Of a DNA stretch of 64,000 nt, positions 1 to 9,777 are shown piece after piece. Position 1 is the first letter of the stretch; each line of letters begins with the position of its first letter. The DNA lies in assembly GCA_965279515.1 (NCBI GenBank), contig CBDIID010000003.1:3424001-3488000 (forward strand), written 5' to 3'. The notes under the pieces are model-generated. The model saw only the letters and a list, made by a program, of their open reading frames with translations, searched no databases and was not told the origin of the DNA. Position numbers and translations under genes: made by a program. The DNA is from Turneriella sp. Its GTDB lineage: Bacteria; Spirochaetota; Leptospiria; Turneriellales; Turneriellaceae.

Positions 1-336
1 GGTTTCAATGCGATCGCTGCCGATAGCGACGCCGAGGCAGAGCTGCTCTCCACGTCAGGGCAGCAGGCTTTTGTGAATCTGCGCACGGGACGCCCCGGCA
101 GATTGCCGCCACCGCAGCCGGGTTACAAAGACACTCTCGATCCGATGGCTCAGACGATGCTCGATCAGATTTTTTCCTGCTCGGCGATCGGTTCCGCGAA
201 GACGGTGACGGCTTCTATTCAGAAATTCATCGAACGCACCCAGGCGGATGAACTCATGATCACGGCGCATATTTTCGACCACAAGGCCCGTTTGCGCTCT
301 TATGAGATTGTATCCGAAATCAGAGAAGACCTCTAA
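1..336 (+). CDS. LLM-class (luciferase-like) flavin-dependent oxidoreductase, C-terminal part (5' truncated by the window)
   Basis: Open frame from base 1; C-terminus 'IGSAKTV...FIERTQADELMITAHIFDHKARLRSYEIV' is typical of the luciferase-like monooxygenase family. Confidence 0.85.
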   Translation, partial: GFNAIAADSDAEAELLSTSGQQAFVNLRTGRPGRLPPPQPGYKDTLDPMAQTMLDQIFSCSAIGSAKTVTASIQKFIERTQADELMITAHIFDHKARLRSYEIVSEIREDL

Positions 337-890
337 GGATCGCGGCTTTGTGTTGGTTCAAGGGCAGCTTGCAAGGCTGCCTTCATGTCATCAGGCAGAC
401 TCTTGACTCCTTTCAGAACCCAGTGACCGCCGTTTTGCCAGTGGGTGTCGAGCTCTGCCAGCGGGGGTGCATCCTGATTAGATAATATTTTGAGAGAGAA
501 AACCACTTCGGTTCCACCATCGAGCAGCGCCCACGTGGAAAATAATCTGACGACGGGCCCCAGTTCCCGTACTTCAATCAGCATCTGCAGGTGGGGTTTG
601 CCGGCGCGTGGTATTTCAGCCGTGGCAGTCGCGTCCAGGCGCTGCAGGGCGATTAATGTAAAACACGAAGATTCGCTGAAAAAATTCCGGATGCCTGTCT
701 CTGCGGCGCGCTCCCTTTCTGTTATGTCTTTCTGGTTGGGGCGCCATTGGGGCCGCCAGGATACCGATACGGGAATTTTAGCTCCAGCCGTTTCACACAG
801 GCTTTTCTTCAGCGGCTGACCCGTCGTTTCGACGCGCGTTGAGGCGCATGAAGATGCGCATAGAAGAGCTGCCAAAAAACAGGGCAGCAA
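333..890 (-). CDS. hypothetical lipoprotein
   Basis: 185-aa ORF with hydrophobic N-terminus and lipobox-like 'ASSC'. Confidence 0.65.
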   Translation of the reverse strand: MLPCFLAALLCASSCASTRVETTGQPLKKSLCETAGAKIPVSVSWRPQWRPNQKDITERERAAETGIRNFFSESSCFTLIALQRLDATATAEIPRAGKPHLQMLIEVRELGPVVRLFSTWALLDGGTEVVFSLKILSNQDAPPLAELDTHWQNGGHWVLKGVKSLPDDMKAALQAALEPTQSRDP

Positions 891-903
891 CGGGTGAAGG
901 CCT

Positions 904-1821
904 TTACTTGCGCAGCGCAGCAGACTTCTTGATACCCAGCGCCTGATAGATTTTCAGCGTTGCTTTGGATTTGTTCAGGGTGTAAAAATGAATACCCGCG
1001 GCGCCGTTGTCGATGAGGTCGCGCACCTGTTCTGTCGCCCAGTGAATGCCCACGTTTTCAGCGTATTCGTCGTCTTCGGCGCGGGCCAGCGCACGCAACA
1101 GTTTTGCCGGAAAACGCGAGCCGAGCGAGAGTTCTGCCATACGCTGCATGCCCTTGCGCGAGGTGATCGGCATAATACCCGCAATGATAGGGACGTTGAT
1201 ACCGGCGAGCGCGCAGCGTTCCTGGTAGTCGTAAAAGTCACGGTTTTCGAAAAAGAGTTGGGTACAGATGTAATCCGCACCCGCATCGATTTTTGCTTTC
1301 AGATGATCGATCTCTTTGAGGCGGTTGGGTGTCTCGGGATGCCCCTCGGGGAAACCGGCGACGCCGACACCCATCTGCGGAAAATGTTTTTTGATGAAAG
1401 CCACGAGTTCGGCCGCGTAGAGAAAACCGTCGGGATGTTGCTGCCACTTGCCCTGCGCCTCTTTGGGGGCGTCGCCGCGCAGCGCCATGATGTTGTGGAT
1501 GCCGCTCTCTGCATAACGTTCGAGAATCTGCCTGATCTCGTCCTTACTTGCGCCCACGCAGGTTAAGTGCGAAACGATAGTGATACCGAGCTCTTGCGCG
1601 AGGCGCACGACGAGATCATGTGTCAGTTGGCGGGTCGAACCACCGGCACCGTAGGTGACGCTGACATAGACAGGCTCCAGCGGTGTCAGATCGCTGATGG
1701 TCTGGAACAGGGTGTCTGAGCCTTCCTGGGTCTTTGGGGGAAAAAATTCGAAACTCAGTGCCGGGCGATGAGACCGTAATACATCCGCGATGTGCACCTG
1801 TGGTGAGCTCTGTCGAACCAT
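904..1821 (-). CDS. metF: 5,10-methylenetetrahydrofolate reductase
   Basis: Motifs SFEFFPPK, VSVTYGAGGS, ALRGD, TQLFF, GIHFYTLN. Confidence 0.97.
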   Translation of the reverse strand: MVRQSSPQVHIADVLRSHRPALSFEFFPPKTQEGSDTLFQTISDLTPLEPVYVSVTYGAGGSTRQLTHDLVVRLAQELGITIVSHLTCVGASKDEIRQILERYAESGIHNIMALRGDAPKEAQGKWQQHPDGFLYAAELVAFIKKHFPQMGVGVAGFPEGHPETPNRLKEIDHLKAKIDAGADYICTQLFFENRDFYDYQERCALAGINVPIIAGIMPITSRKGMQRMAELSLGSRFPAKLLRALARAEDDEYAENVGIHWATEQVRDLIDNGAAGIHFYTLNKSKATLKIYQALGIKKSAALRK

Positions 1822-2011
1822 CGTTCCCGCTTTCTGCTGAACTTAGCCTGTAAAGGAGAAACACGATGCGCTATTATGTCGCGCAAGTGCCCTCATGGCA
1901 TTATCACCGCGCCACAAGTTCTGCCAGCTTCGTTTCCTTTCATGGCGCATCCATTTTCAGCAGTGGGCGTCGCTCAGCGAATCTGGCAAAAATGCCGAAA
2001 CCTCAAAGGCC

Positions 2012-3184
2012 ATGATTATAGATAAGTCGGATGTCCGCATGTGGACGGAAAAAGTTTCGCAGACGACGCGCGAGCACCATATTCGCATAAAGGGGGCGGG
2101 TGAGACGACGCTCGCGCGCGGCGGCGAAGTCGTGGAGCGCCATGATTTTCAGGCGAACTTCAGGCCCGAAGAGGCCAAAAGCGGAGAGTTCGCATCCGTC
2201 GAAAAAATGCTCGAGGTGCTAAAAAAAAGCGCTGAGAAAAGTGGCGATGATTTTGATATCTTCGGCGTGCTGCGGCTCAAATTGTTACTCCTCTGGATGC
2301 TCATGCTGCGCCTGTTCGGCGAAGAAGAAGACGAGAAGAAAAAACAGCCGGTGGCGAAGGCCGGCATTTTCGAGGCGCCAGCCATAAATACCGGCGCGAA
2401 AATGCATGCCCTGCGACCTGTAAGCACCGCGCCGTTGACCGTGAGCGGCCGGCTAACGGCTGATTCGATCGAAGGTGAAACGCATGTCCAGGCCCGCGAG
2501 TTTTTATTTTTCGAAGCCCACGGTAAAGTGACCACTAAGGACGGGACGGAAATCCCGGTGGATATCCGCCTGAGGCTTGAAGATAACCGCAAGGATATTG
2601 TCGGTCTCGACAGGGATGTTGTGCAGTCACTGATCGACCCTCTGGTCATTAACTACGATAACGACAGCGCGCTTTTGACCGATGAGAAATTCACCTTCGA
2701 TCTCGATATCGACGGAGTACCCGACAATATCGCCATGCCGGCGTCGGGCAGCGCGTTTCTCGCGCTCGACAAGAACGGCGACGGCGTCATCAGCGACGGC
2801 TCAGAACTTTTTGGTGTCCGGTCGGGCGACGGCTTTAAGGAACTGGCGGCATTCGACGACGACAAGAACGGTTTCATCGACGAGGGCGACAAAATCTACG
2901 ACCAGCTGCGGCTTTTCACACGCGGGCCCGACGGCAAAGATATTGTCTTCACGCTGCGCGAAAAGGGTGTGCAGGCGATTTCGCTGGAAAATCTCGCAAC
3001 GGCATTGCGCCTGAAAGACGGCGACGGTGTTTTGCGCAAAACGGGTTTTATTCTGCGCTCGGGTAAATCGGCGTCGACCGTGCAGCATGTCGATTTGAAG
3101 CCCGAGCCGCTGTTGCCGGCACAGAACCTGAAACCATCGCCGCGTTCCGCTGCAGTGGGTGCCAAAAAACTTTTATCCACCTAA
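2012..3184 (+). CDS. hypothetical protein with C-terminal DxDxDG calcium-binding (EF-hand/VCBS-like) loops
   Basis: DPLVIN, FDLDIDG, LALDKNGDGVISDGSELFG, DDDKNGFIDEGD; start placed at ATG 2012 (MIIDKS), ORF track starts at 1895. Confidence 0.75.
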   Translation: MIIDKSDVRMWTEKVSQTTREHHIRIKGAGETTLARGGEVVERHDFQANFRPEEAKSGEFASVEKMLEVLKKSAEKSGDDFDIFGVLRLKLLLLWMLMLRLFGEEEDEKKKQPVAKAGIFEAPAINTGAKMHALRPVSTAPLTVSGRLTADSIEGETHVQAREFLFFEAHGKVTTKDGTEIPVDIRLRLEDNRKDIVGLDRDVVQSLIDPLVINYDNDSALLTDEKFTFDLDIDGVPDNIAMPASGSAFLALDKNGDGVISDGSELFGVRSGDGFKELAAFDDDKNGFIDEGDKIYDQLRLFTRGPDGKDIVFTLREKGVQAISLENLATALRLKDGDGVLRKTGFILRSGKSASTVQHVDLKPEPLLPAQNLKPSPRSAAVGAKKLLST

Positions 3185-3287
3185 AGGTTGACCGTGCGCG
3201 AATTCCGTTAACACATATACGCGGCGACACATTCCCGTATAGTTACCGTCGCTGATCATTTAAGAAAATTAAAACCCGGAGATAATT

Positions 3288-3662
3288 ATGAAAAAGAAAA
3301 TCATGCTGGCAATTGCCGCTGTCGCTTTTATTGCGGCTGCTTGCGGTGTCGGCAAACTCAAAGAAGACGGCGCTGCGTTTATGGAAGCCTGGAAATCAGG
3401 TGATAGTGCAAAGTCATTCGCGCTGATGCACGAAGCGCTGCAGAAAGAAGTCGGCGGAGCCGAAGGTTGGGCGACAATGAGCGCAAAGTTTAAACCCGCA
3501 AAATGGAGTTTCAACGGCTTCAATGTCAATGCCAACGGCGAGAGCAAACTCGACGGAGAGGCTGAGGGCGCCGACGGAAAAAAAGGCGAACTCGAACTGA
3601 AGTTCATGAAAGTCGACGGCGTCAACAAACTGCTCGGCTTTAATTTTAAGCCGGCGAAGTAA
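3288..3662 (+). CDS. small lipoprotein, unknown function
   Basis: GGAG RBS, signal peptide MKKKIMLAIAAVAFIAAAC. Confidence 0.8.
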   Translation: MKKKIMLAIAAVAFIAAACGVGKLKEDGAAFMEAWKSGDSAKSFALMHEALQKEVGGAEGWATMSAKFKPAKWSFNGFNVNANGESKLDGEAEGADGKKGELELKFMKVDGVNKLLGFNFKPAK

Positions 3663-3675
3663 GCTGTAAGACGGG

Positions 3676-4473
3676 TTATCCGGCGGCGTATGCGCCGGGT
3701 GATTTGCCCGTCATTTTCCGAAACGCCCGAATGAAGTGCGCCTGGTCGTAATAACCCAGCGCGTGCGCCAGCCGGGCGAAGTCGGGTTTCCCTTTCATCT
3801 CTAAACGCTGCAGTGCTTCGTGCATGCGGTAGCGTTCGATCACCCACTTCGGGTTCACCCCAATATAGATTTTAAACAGCCGCTGCAGTTGGCGTTTCGT
3901 TATGCCGAAAATTTCCACCACAGTATCGACCTTATGAATCGCCGGGTTTGAAAGTATCTGGGCGGTAATCTTTTGTGCGAAAAGCGCTTCGGCATCGTGT
4001 GTGGGATTTACCCCGCGCAGAAAATCGCTGGCGCATGCGGATTGGGCACCGATGCCCTGTGTTTTGGCCATCGTTGCGGCAAATGGCTGCCATGCCTTGC
4101 CGAAAATTTTCTCCGGCGGCAAACACCTGTCCGTGAGCGTATTGAGCGGTGCCTTCAAAAAGGCGTGGAATGCGCCGGGCCGGAATTTGATACCAAAAGC
4201 TTCGCCGCAGCCTTCGAGCTTGCGTATAAAACGGCCGCGTGGTACACCGATGACTTCGGCGAGGCCATTTTCGAAGACGAGGTGCACCGAAGGGTGCGGC
4301 AGCGTCTGAGAGCTATAAGGGGGGCAACCCGTGAGATCCCAGGCGACAGCCCAGAAATGTTCGACCGTATTTGCAAGATCATCGGCGGGCATGCGCCGGT
4401 CGAGTTGGAAATTCTGGCGCCCCTTTTCGAGGTGCAAAACACCACGCGGTGGGGTGACCTTTTTTGCGGCCAT
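3676..4473 (-). CDS. AraC-family transcriptional regulator
   Basis: C-terminal RQLQRLF...GYYDQAHFIRAFRKMTGKSP; divergent from the SRPBCC gene. Confidence 0.92.
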   Translation of the reverse strand: MAAKKVTPPRGVLHLEKGRQNFQLDRRMPADDLANTVEHFWAVAWDLTGCPPYSSQTLPHPSVHLVFENGLAEVIGVPRGRFIRKLEGCGEAFGIKFRPGAFHAFLKAPLNTLTDRCLPPEKIFGKAWQPFAATMAKTQGIGAQSACASDFLRGVNPTHDAEALFAQKITAQILSNPAIHKVDTVVEIFGITKRQLQRLFKIYIGVNPKWVIERYRMHEALQRLEMKGKPDFARLAHALGYYDQAHFIRAFRKMTGKSPGAYAAG

Positions 4474-4522
4474 GGTCGCGTTTTTACAATGCGGCGCCTT
4501 TGGCAAAACTTATATTCCCCGC

Positions 4523-4951
4523 ATGAACGATACACTGACAACCACAGCGGCCATCGACCTTGCGGCGACTCCCGAATCAGTTTGGGATGCGCTGACAGAC
4601 CCTGCAAAAATAAAGCAGTACCTGTTTGGCACCGACACCGAATGCGACTGGCAAGTCGGCAGCAAAATCTATTACCGCGGCGAATGGGAAGGCAAACGGT
4701 ATGAAGATAAAGGCGAGATTCTGGAGATCGAATTCCCAAAGAGAATTGTCATGACTTACTGGAGCGGTTTTTCCGGGCAGGCGGATATCCCCGCAAACTA
4801 CCAGAAAATTACCTACAGTCTCGAAAAGACTGCCGGCGGCACGCGGCTGACTGTTGTGCAGGAAAACCACCGCGACCAGGCGACGCGCGACCATTCGAAT
4901 GAGAACTGGAAGCTCGTGCTCGAAGGTTTGCGCAAGCTCGTCGAGGTTTAA
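4523..4951 (+). CDS. SRPBCC/AHSA1-like ligand-binding protein
   Basis: ATPESVWDALTDP...DWQVGS...GTRLTVVQ...W..VLEGLRKLVE; start at ATG 4523. Confidence 0.88.
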   Translation: MNDTLTTTAAIDLAATPESVWDALTDPAKIKQYLFGTDTECDWQVGSKIYYRGEWEGKRYEDKGEILEIEFPKRIVMTYWSGFSGQADIPANYQKITYSLEKTAGGTRLTVVQENHRDQATRDHSNENWKLVLEGLRKLVEV

Positions 4952-6234
4952 ACTTTCTCGGCGACGAGTTCGAACATTTCGATTTCGCCGAGGCTCTTGG
5001 CCGCCTGCAGGCCGCGCGAGCGCACGACAAAATGTGTTTCGAGTTCTTGCGCCGTTGCCGCCGAAAGGTTGATCTTGCCGATTTCACCCGCAGATTCCAT
5101 GCGTGCGGCGACGTTCACGGTATCGCCCCAGATGTCATAGGCGAACTTATGCTCGCCGATGATGCCGGCGACCACAGGGCCGGTATTGAGGCCAATGCGG
5201 ATATCCCAATGCGGCGAACCGTTTTTTACCGAATTGGCCTTGGTCTCAGCGATGACCGCGAGAAATTCGAGCGCCGCGCGCGCCGCGCGGCAAGCATGGT
5301 CGGCCGAAGGCTCCGGAATACCCGCGGCGCACATGTAGGCGTCGCCGATCGTCTTTAATTTTTCGAGGCCGTGCTTCTGCACAATCTTGTCGAAGCGACC
5401 GAACATGGCGTCGAGCGAGTGCACGAGATCGGCGGGTATCATCGTCGCGGCGAGGCGCGTGAAACCGACAAAGTCTGTGAAGATCACCGTGACCGCGTCG
5501 TAGTGCCTGGGCGCGTAGGCACCCTTCGCCTTCAGTTCGCGCGCGACGCTTTCGGGCATGACGTTCAAGAGCAGCTTGTCGGCGAGGTCGCGCTGTTCGA
5601 TAAAGGCATCTTCGGCGCGTGCGCTCTGCTGTGAAATAAAGCGGAACTCCAGGAAAATGATCAGGAATATGGCGAGCGCCATCGCCACATAATAGATCAT
5701 CCGCACCGGGGCATCCGGCACAGGCAGAAGTTCGGGATAATAGAGTATCCACAGGCGTAATCCCACAAAAGCCAGCAGTGAGAAAAAGACGCTCACCCGC
5801 CTCAGCAGGGGTTTTTTGTGGAGCACGAAAATGCCCATGCCCATGACGATGAGTATCCAGTATTCCAGGCCGTAAATACCGCCGAAGATGATGGTGATGC
5901 CGGTGATGAGCGCGGTCATCAGGTAGGCGAAGACGACGATTGGCCCGAAGAATCGTCTTGTCTTGCCGCGGTAAATGAAGATGGAGACGGCGAGAATGAG
6001 GGCGCTGAACGGCACCGCACCACCCCAGAAATAATTTTTGTAAAATGTATAATCGACCTTGAGTAGCGCGACCCAGGCGATGAGCAGCGATGAGCTCATG
6101 CTGGCGATCAGCATGATCGTGACCATCATCAGCTGGTTTGCCGCGATGTGCAGTTTTTTTTCGTCGGGCGAAACATCTTCAGGAACGCCAAAATGCGAAA
6201 CCCGCTGCCAGAAATTTTTGAAAATCCCGGTCAC
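4948..6234 (-). CDS. membrane-bound class III adenylate/guanylate cyclase
   Basis: Several TM helices then VIFTDFVGFT, KLKTIGDAYM, YDIWGDTVNVAARMES; the Lys/Asp pair suggests ATP specificity. Confidence 0.93.
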   Translation of the reverse strand: MTGIFKNFWQRVSHFGVPEDVSPDEKKLHIAANQLMMVTIMLIASMSSSLLIAWVALLKVDYTFYKNYFWGGAVPFSALILAVSIFIYRGKTRRFFGPIVVFAYLMTALITGITIIFGGIYGLEYWILIVMGMGIFVLHKKPLLRRVSVFFSLLAFVGLRLWILYYPELLPVPDAPVRMIYYVAMALAIFLIIFLEFRFISQQSARAEDAFIEQRDLADKLLLNVMPESVARELKAKGAYAPRHYDAVTVIFTDFVGFTRLAATMIPADLVHSLDAMFGRFDKIVQKHGLEKLKTIGDAYMCAAGIPEPSADHACRAARAALEFLAVIAETKANSVKNGSPHWDIRIGLNTGPVVAGIIGEHKFAYDIWGDTVNVAARMESAGEIGKINLSAATAQELETHFVVRSRGLQAAKSLGEIEMFELVAEKV

Positions 6235-7043
6235 GGCAGGGGATTTTTTTCCAGAAAGGCAACGACCGCTTCACCGGTGCCGCCCGCCGAGCCCGGGTTT
6301 TGTCCCGTGATGAGGCGGCCGTCACTCACGACATGTGAACTAAAGGGTAAAAAGGCGCTGGAATAAGTACCGCCTTCCGAGCCCAGCCTGTCCTGCAGCA
6401 AGAAAGGGACGACGGATGTTTTCCCGACGATCTTTTCTTCGCCGTTGGAAAAACCCGTCAGCTTCTTGCCGGCAATCAGTTTCGTCCCATCCTTAAGCTT
6501 GATATTGACGAGGCCCGAGGGGCCGTGGCAGACGGCGGAAACAACTCCGTTCGATTCGTAAATCTTCGCAGCCAGCGTGGCAAGCGGGGCATTGTCGGGA
6601 AAATCCCACATCGTGCCATGGCCGCCGGCATAAAAGATCACGGCATAGTCAGCGGCTTTGATTTTCTGGGGCGCGAGCGGCTTTTCGATTTTTTTGCGTA
6701 AGCTTTCGTTTTCCCAAAAGGTCTGGTTTAAACTGTCGCCGAGGTCAAAGCTGTCGGGGTCCATGACCGAGGGCGCGCCGCCGGGGCTGGTGAAATCGAT
6801 TTCAAAACCCTGCTGCGCGAGGGCATGGTAGAAGTGCGTTACCTCCGAAAGCCAGTAACCCGTCTTCTTATCGGTTTGACCCATTTGCGCGTGCGCCGAA
6901 ACGACGATGAGAACTTTTTTATTTCCCGCATTCTTTAAGGCAGCGCTTGTCGGTACGCGCGGCTCACCGATGCGCAGATTTTTTCCGCAATGGAATGCCG
7001 TTGCAATACAGAGCAGGGCGAGCACCGCGTATTTGGGTTTCAT
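6231..7043 (-). CDS. DJ-1/PfpI (type 1 glutamine amidotransferase-like) protein with probable lipoprotein signal
   Basis: TGYWLSE, FYAGGHGTMWD, nucleophile elbow AVCHGP, ITGQNP; start MKPKYAVLALLC at 7043. Confidence 0.9.
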   Translation of the reverse strand: MKPKYAVLALLCIATAFHCGKNLRIGEPRVPTSAALKNAGNKKVLIVVSAHAQMGQTDKKTGYWLSEVTHFYHALAQQGFEIDFTSPGGAPSVMDPDSFDLGDSLNQTFWENESLRKKIEKPLAPQKIKAADYAVIFYAGGHGTMWDFPDNAPLATLAAKIYESNGVVSAVCHGPSGLVNIKLKDGTKLIAGKKLTGFSNGEEKIVGKTSVVPFLLQDRLGSEGGTYSSAFLPFSSHVVSDGRLITGQNPGSAGGTGEAVVAFLEKNPLP

Positions 7044-7134
7044 AACCGATTTCCCCATATGTCTTAGCCTTGAAAACCCCAAACGGGTTTCCTTGGTTTC
7101 TTCGTTATCGCCTGAACTCTCCGCGCGAGCCATT

Positions 7135-7163
7135 GTTAACGGCGTGTTAACCGTTTGGTTAAT
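7135..7163. promoter_or_regulatory. three GTTAA(C/T) direct repeats between divergent genes, possible regulator site
   Basis: GTTAAC at 7135 and 7146, GTTAAT at 7158 (11-12 bp period). Confidence 0.35.
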
Positions 7164-7205
7164 TTTTTGGTCGCCAATCTGTTCAGGCCTTAATTTGTGA
7201 AGGTT

Positions 7206-7958
7206 ATGCGCATCATCGACATGAAAAATGTGCGGAAAGATTATCCGCTTGGGGAAACCACGGTGAGCGCGCTTAAGGGTGTCGATTTCAGCGTCGACGA
7301 AGGCGACTTGCTGTCTGTGGTGGGCCCCTCAGGTAGCGGCAAGACCACGTTGCTCAATATCATCGGCTGCATCGATAAGCCGTCATCGGGGGATGTACGC
7401 ATTGCGGGACAAGATATCACCGCGCTTTCTGATAATGCCCTGACTGACCTGCGCCTCTACACCGTCGGTTTTATTTTTCAGTCATTCAACCTGATTCCTG
7501 TGCTCGATGTGCGCGAGAATGTCGAGTTTCCCTTGCTGCTGATGCGCGAAAACGCGCCCTCTAAAATTGAAATCCGCGAGCGCGCTGAAAAGCTGATTGA
7601 GGAAGTGGGATTAACCTCCCAGATCAAACAGCGCCCCGCCGAGCTGTCAGGCGGCCAGAGGCAGCGCGTGGCCATCGCGCGTGCCCTCGTGACTAACCCG
7701 AAGATTGTGCTCGCCGACGAACCCACGGCGAACCTCGATTCCGATACCGGCTTTAAGATTCTCGAACTCATGCGCAGCCTCAACGAGCAGCATAAAACAA
7801 CTTTTGTTTTTTCTACGCACGACCCCGATGTCATGCAGTATGCGCGCCACGTGGTGAAGATCCGCGACGGCTTGATTCATGAGGACAGCCAGCTGCACAA
7901 CGGCAAGCCCGTCGGCCCGGCGAAAAAAACACGTTCGCAAAAATCAGATACGAAATGA
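7206..7958 (+). CDS. ABC transporter ATP-binding protein (LolD/MacB-like)
   Basis: Walker A GPSGSGKTT, LSGGQRQRVAIARAL, LADEPTANLD. Confidence 0.96.
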   Translation: MRIIDMKNVRKDYPLGETTVSALKGVDFSVDEGDLLSVVGPSGSGKTTLLNIIGCIDKPSSGDVRIAGQDITALSDNALTDLRLYTVGFIFQSFNLIPVLDVRENVEFPLLLMRENAPSKIEIRERAEKLIEEVGLTSQIKQRPAELSGGQRQRVAIARALVTNPKIVLADEPTANLDSDTGFKILELMRSLNEQHKTTFVFSTHDPDVMQYARHVVKIRDGLIHEDSQLHNGKPVGPAKKTRSQKSDTK

Positions 7959-9478
7959 AAATCGCCTTTGTCATCGCCGCGCGCAACCTGCTGCGCCATA
8001 AGGGAAAAAGCTTCGTTATCGGGGCCATCCTCTTTGTTGGCGCGCTCATTATGACGCTCGGCAACGCGGTAATCTCGGGCATGAACCGTGGCCTCAGTGA
8101 AAACATTGTCGAGCGTTTCACCGGACACATCGTGCTCATCTCAGACACGCAAGAAAATCCCAACATTCTTTTCACGCCGATGGGCAAAGACATCGCGCTG
8201 ATAAAAAATTTTGAAAAGACCCGCGCGGTTTTAGCGAGTCAGCCTTATATCAAGAATTATCTCCCCGCCGCACGCGGCTTCAGCTTTGTGCTTACCGAAG
8301 AGGGCGATATCGATTTTGCGATGCTCTTGGGCGTCGATTTTCCCGAATATAACCGCATTTTCCGCGAGAATGTGAAACTCGTCGAAGGCAAGCTGCTCGA
8401 TAAAAATGAGCGCGGCATGCTGGTGAGCCAGGGACGGCGCACACGTTTTTTTAATGACCAGAATATCTGGGTGAAGCCGGTGGGATACCCCCTCGACGAA
8501 AAGAATTTTTCCGAAGAGGCGAAAAAGTATCGCGCAAAGATGATCGTCAAAGACAATTTGGTGCTCATGGGGGCATCGGGTGAGTCGACGGCATTCGACA
8601 TCCGTACCGACATCAAGGGTATCATACGCTATGAATTTCTCGACGATTTTTGGAAATTCTTCAATATCATGGATATCGAGACCTTCCGCGAATGTTTCCA
8701 ATGGGTGACCAATTCCGACGCTGCCGTAAATCTCACAAAAGACACGAAAAACCTGATTTCCAAAGAAGGCAATCTGGATGACCTCTTTAAAGAAGAAACT
8801 GTCGTCCAAACGAAGTCGGCAAAGGCCGAACTGACGAAAACATTGAAGCAACTCAAGGAGAAATCCACCGCGCCTAAGGTGCAGACCGATGCCGGCGCCT
8901 ATAACGTGGTTTTCGTCAAACTGCAGGACAAAGAGAATCTGCAGGCGCGCACCGATGAGCTCAATAATGCCCTGAAGGCTGCCGGCGCCTCGTCGCGCGC
9001 CGTGACGTGGCAGAAGGCAATCGGCCAGTTGGGTGATATGGCGGGTATTATCCGCGGCGCGCTCATGGGCTTCGTATTTTTTATCTTTTTTGTGGCGATT
9101 ATCATCATCATGAATACGCTTTCGATGGCGGCGCTCGAGCGCACGGCCGAGCTCGGCATGATGCGTGCGGTGGGCGCGCAAAAACGTTTTGTCACCGTCA
9201 TGTTCTTTATCGAGACCGCCTGCCTGGCGATTCTTTTCGGCGGGTTGGGTATTGTCGTCGGTGCGGCGTCGGTGCCGGTGCTGAAGGCCATGAATATCAC
9301 GGCGGAGAACAATATTTTGCAATTGCTCTTTGGAGGCAAAACTTTTGCGCCCTATCTGGGCATAGCCGATATTCTCGCCGGTGTCGTTGAGCTTGCGCTG
9401 GTAACCGTGATTGCCTCGATTTACCCGATCCGCGTGGCGCGGAGGATTACGCCTTTAGATGCGATATCGAGAGATTAA
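7955..9478 (+). CDS. ABC transporter permease, FtsX/LolE family
   Basis: IAARNLLRHK N-terminus, large periplasmic domain, ERTAELGMMRAVG, C-terminal ITPLDAI. Confidence 0.93.
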   Translation: MKIAFVIAARNLLRHKGKSFVIGAILFVGALIMTLGNAVISGMNRGLSENIVERFTGHIVLISDTQENPNILFTPMGKDIALIKNFEKTRAVLASQPYIKNYLPAARGFSFVLTEEGDIDFAMLLGVDFPEYNRIFRENVKLVEGKLLDKNERGMLVSQGRRTRFFNDQNIWVKPVGYPLDEKNFSEEAKKYRAKMIVKDNLVLMGASGESTAFDIRTDIKGIIRYEFLDDFWKFFNIMDIETFRECFQWVTNSDAAVNLTKDTKNLISKEGNLDDLFKEETVVQTKSAKAELTKTLKQLKEKSTAPKVQTDAGAYNVVFVKLQDKENLQARTDELNNALKAAGASSRAVTWQKAIGQLGDMAGIIRGALMGFVFFIFFVAIIIIMNTLSMAALERTAELGMMRAVGAQKRFVTVMFFIETACLAILFGGLGIVVGAASVPVLKAMNITAENNILQLLFGGKTFAPYLGIADILAGVVELALVTVIASIYPIRVARRITPLDAISRD

Positions 9479-9777
9479 TGTCCCCACCCCCGGCCCCTCC
9501 CCGCATGCAGGGAGGGGAGCTGTGAAGAGGAATAGGAAACGAATGAATGAGATGACGCGACGAGCCCGGCTGTTACGCAATCAGCCAACGCCAGCTGAAG
9601 ATTCGCTCTGGGATCTTATCCGGAACGGCAGGCTTGCGGGGATTCAGGTCTTGAGATTAAAAAACGAAGATGTTCTCAATGATCCCGTCACTGTTTTGGG
9701 AAAAATAACACATTTCGTTGGCGGCTTATCTTCAATGACCCCTCCCCCGTTTACGGGGGAGGCCGGGAGGGGGACAT
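9478..9777. mobile_element. 300-bp cassette: inverted palindromic repeat pair enclosing a deleted DUF559 gene
   Basis: Left end ATGTCCCCACCCCCGGCC; right end reverse complement ATGTCCCCCTCCCGGCC; each carries an internal CCTCCCC..GGGAGG hairpin; interrupts the two permease genes. Confidence 0.7.

Noticed and set aside
1822..2011. SAM or SAH riboswitch upstream of metF
   Set aside because: No recognisable conserved riboswitch core by eye; an Rfam scan would be needed
8231..9322. 363-aa antisense ORF, and similar long ORFs at 12579-13487, 16238-17254, 50037-51224 and 55552-56460
   Set aside because: Shadow frames opposite well-supported genes, with no motifs
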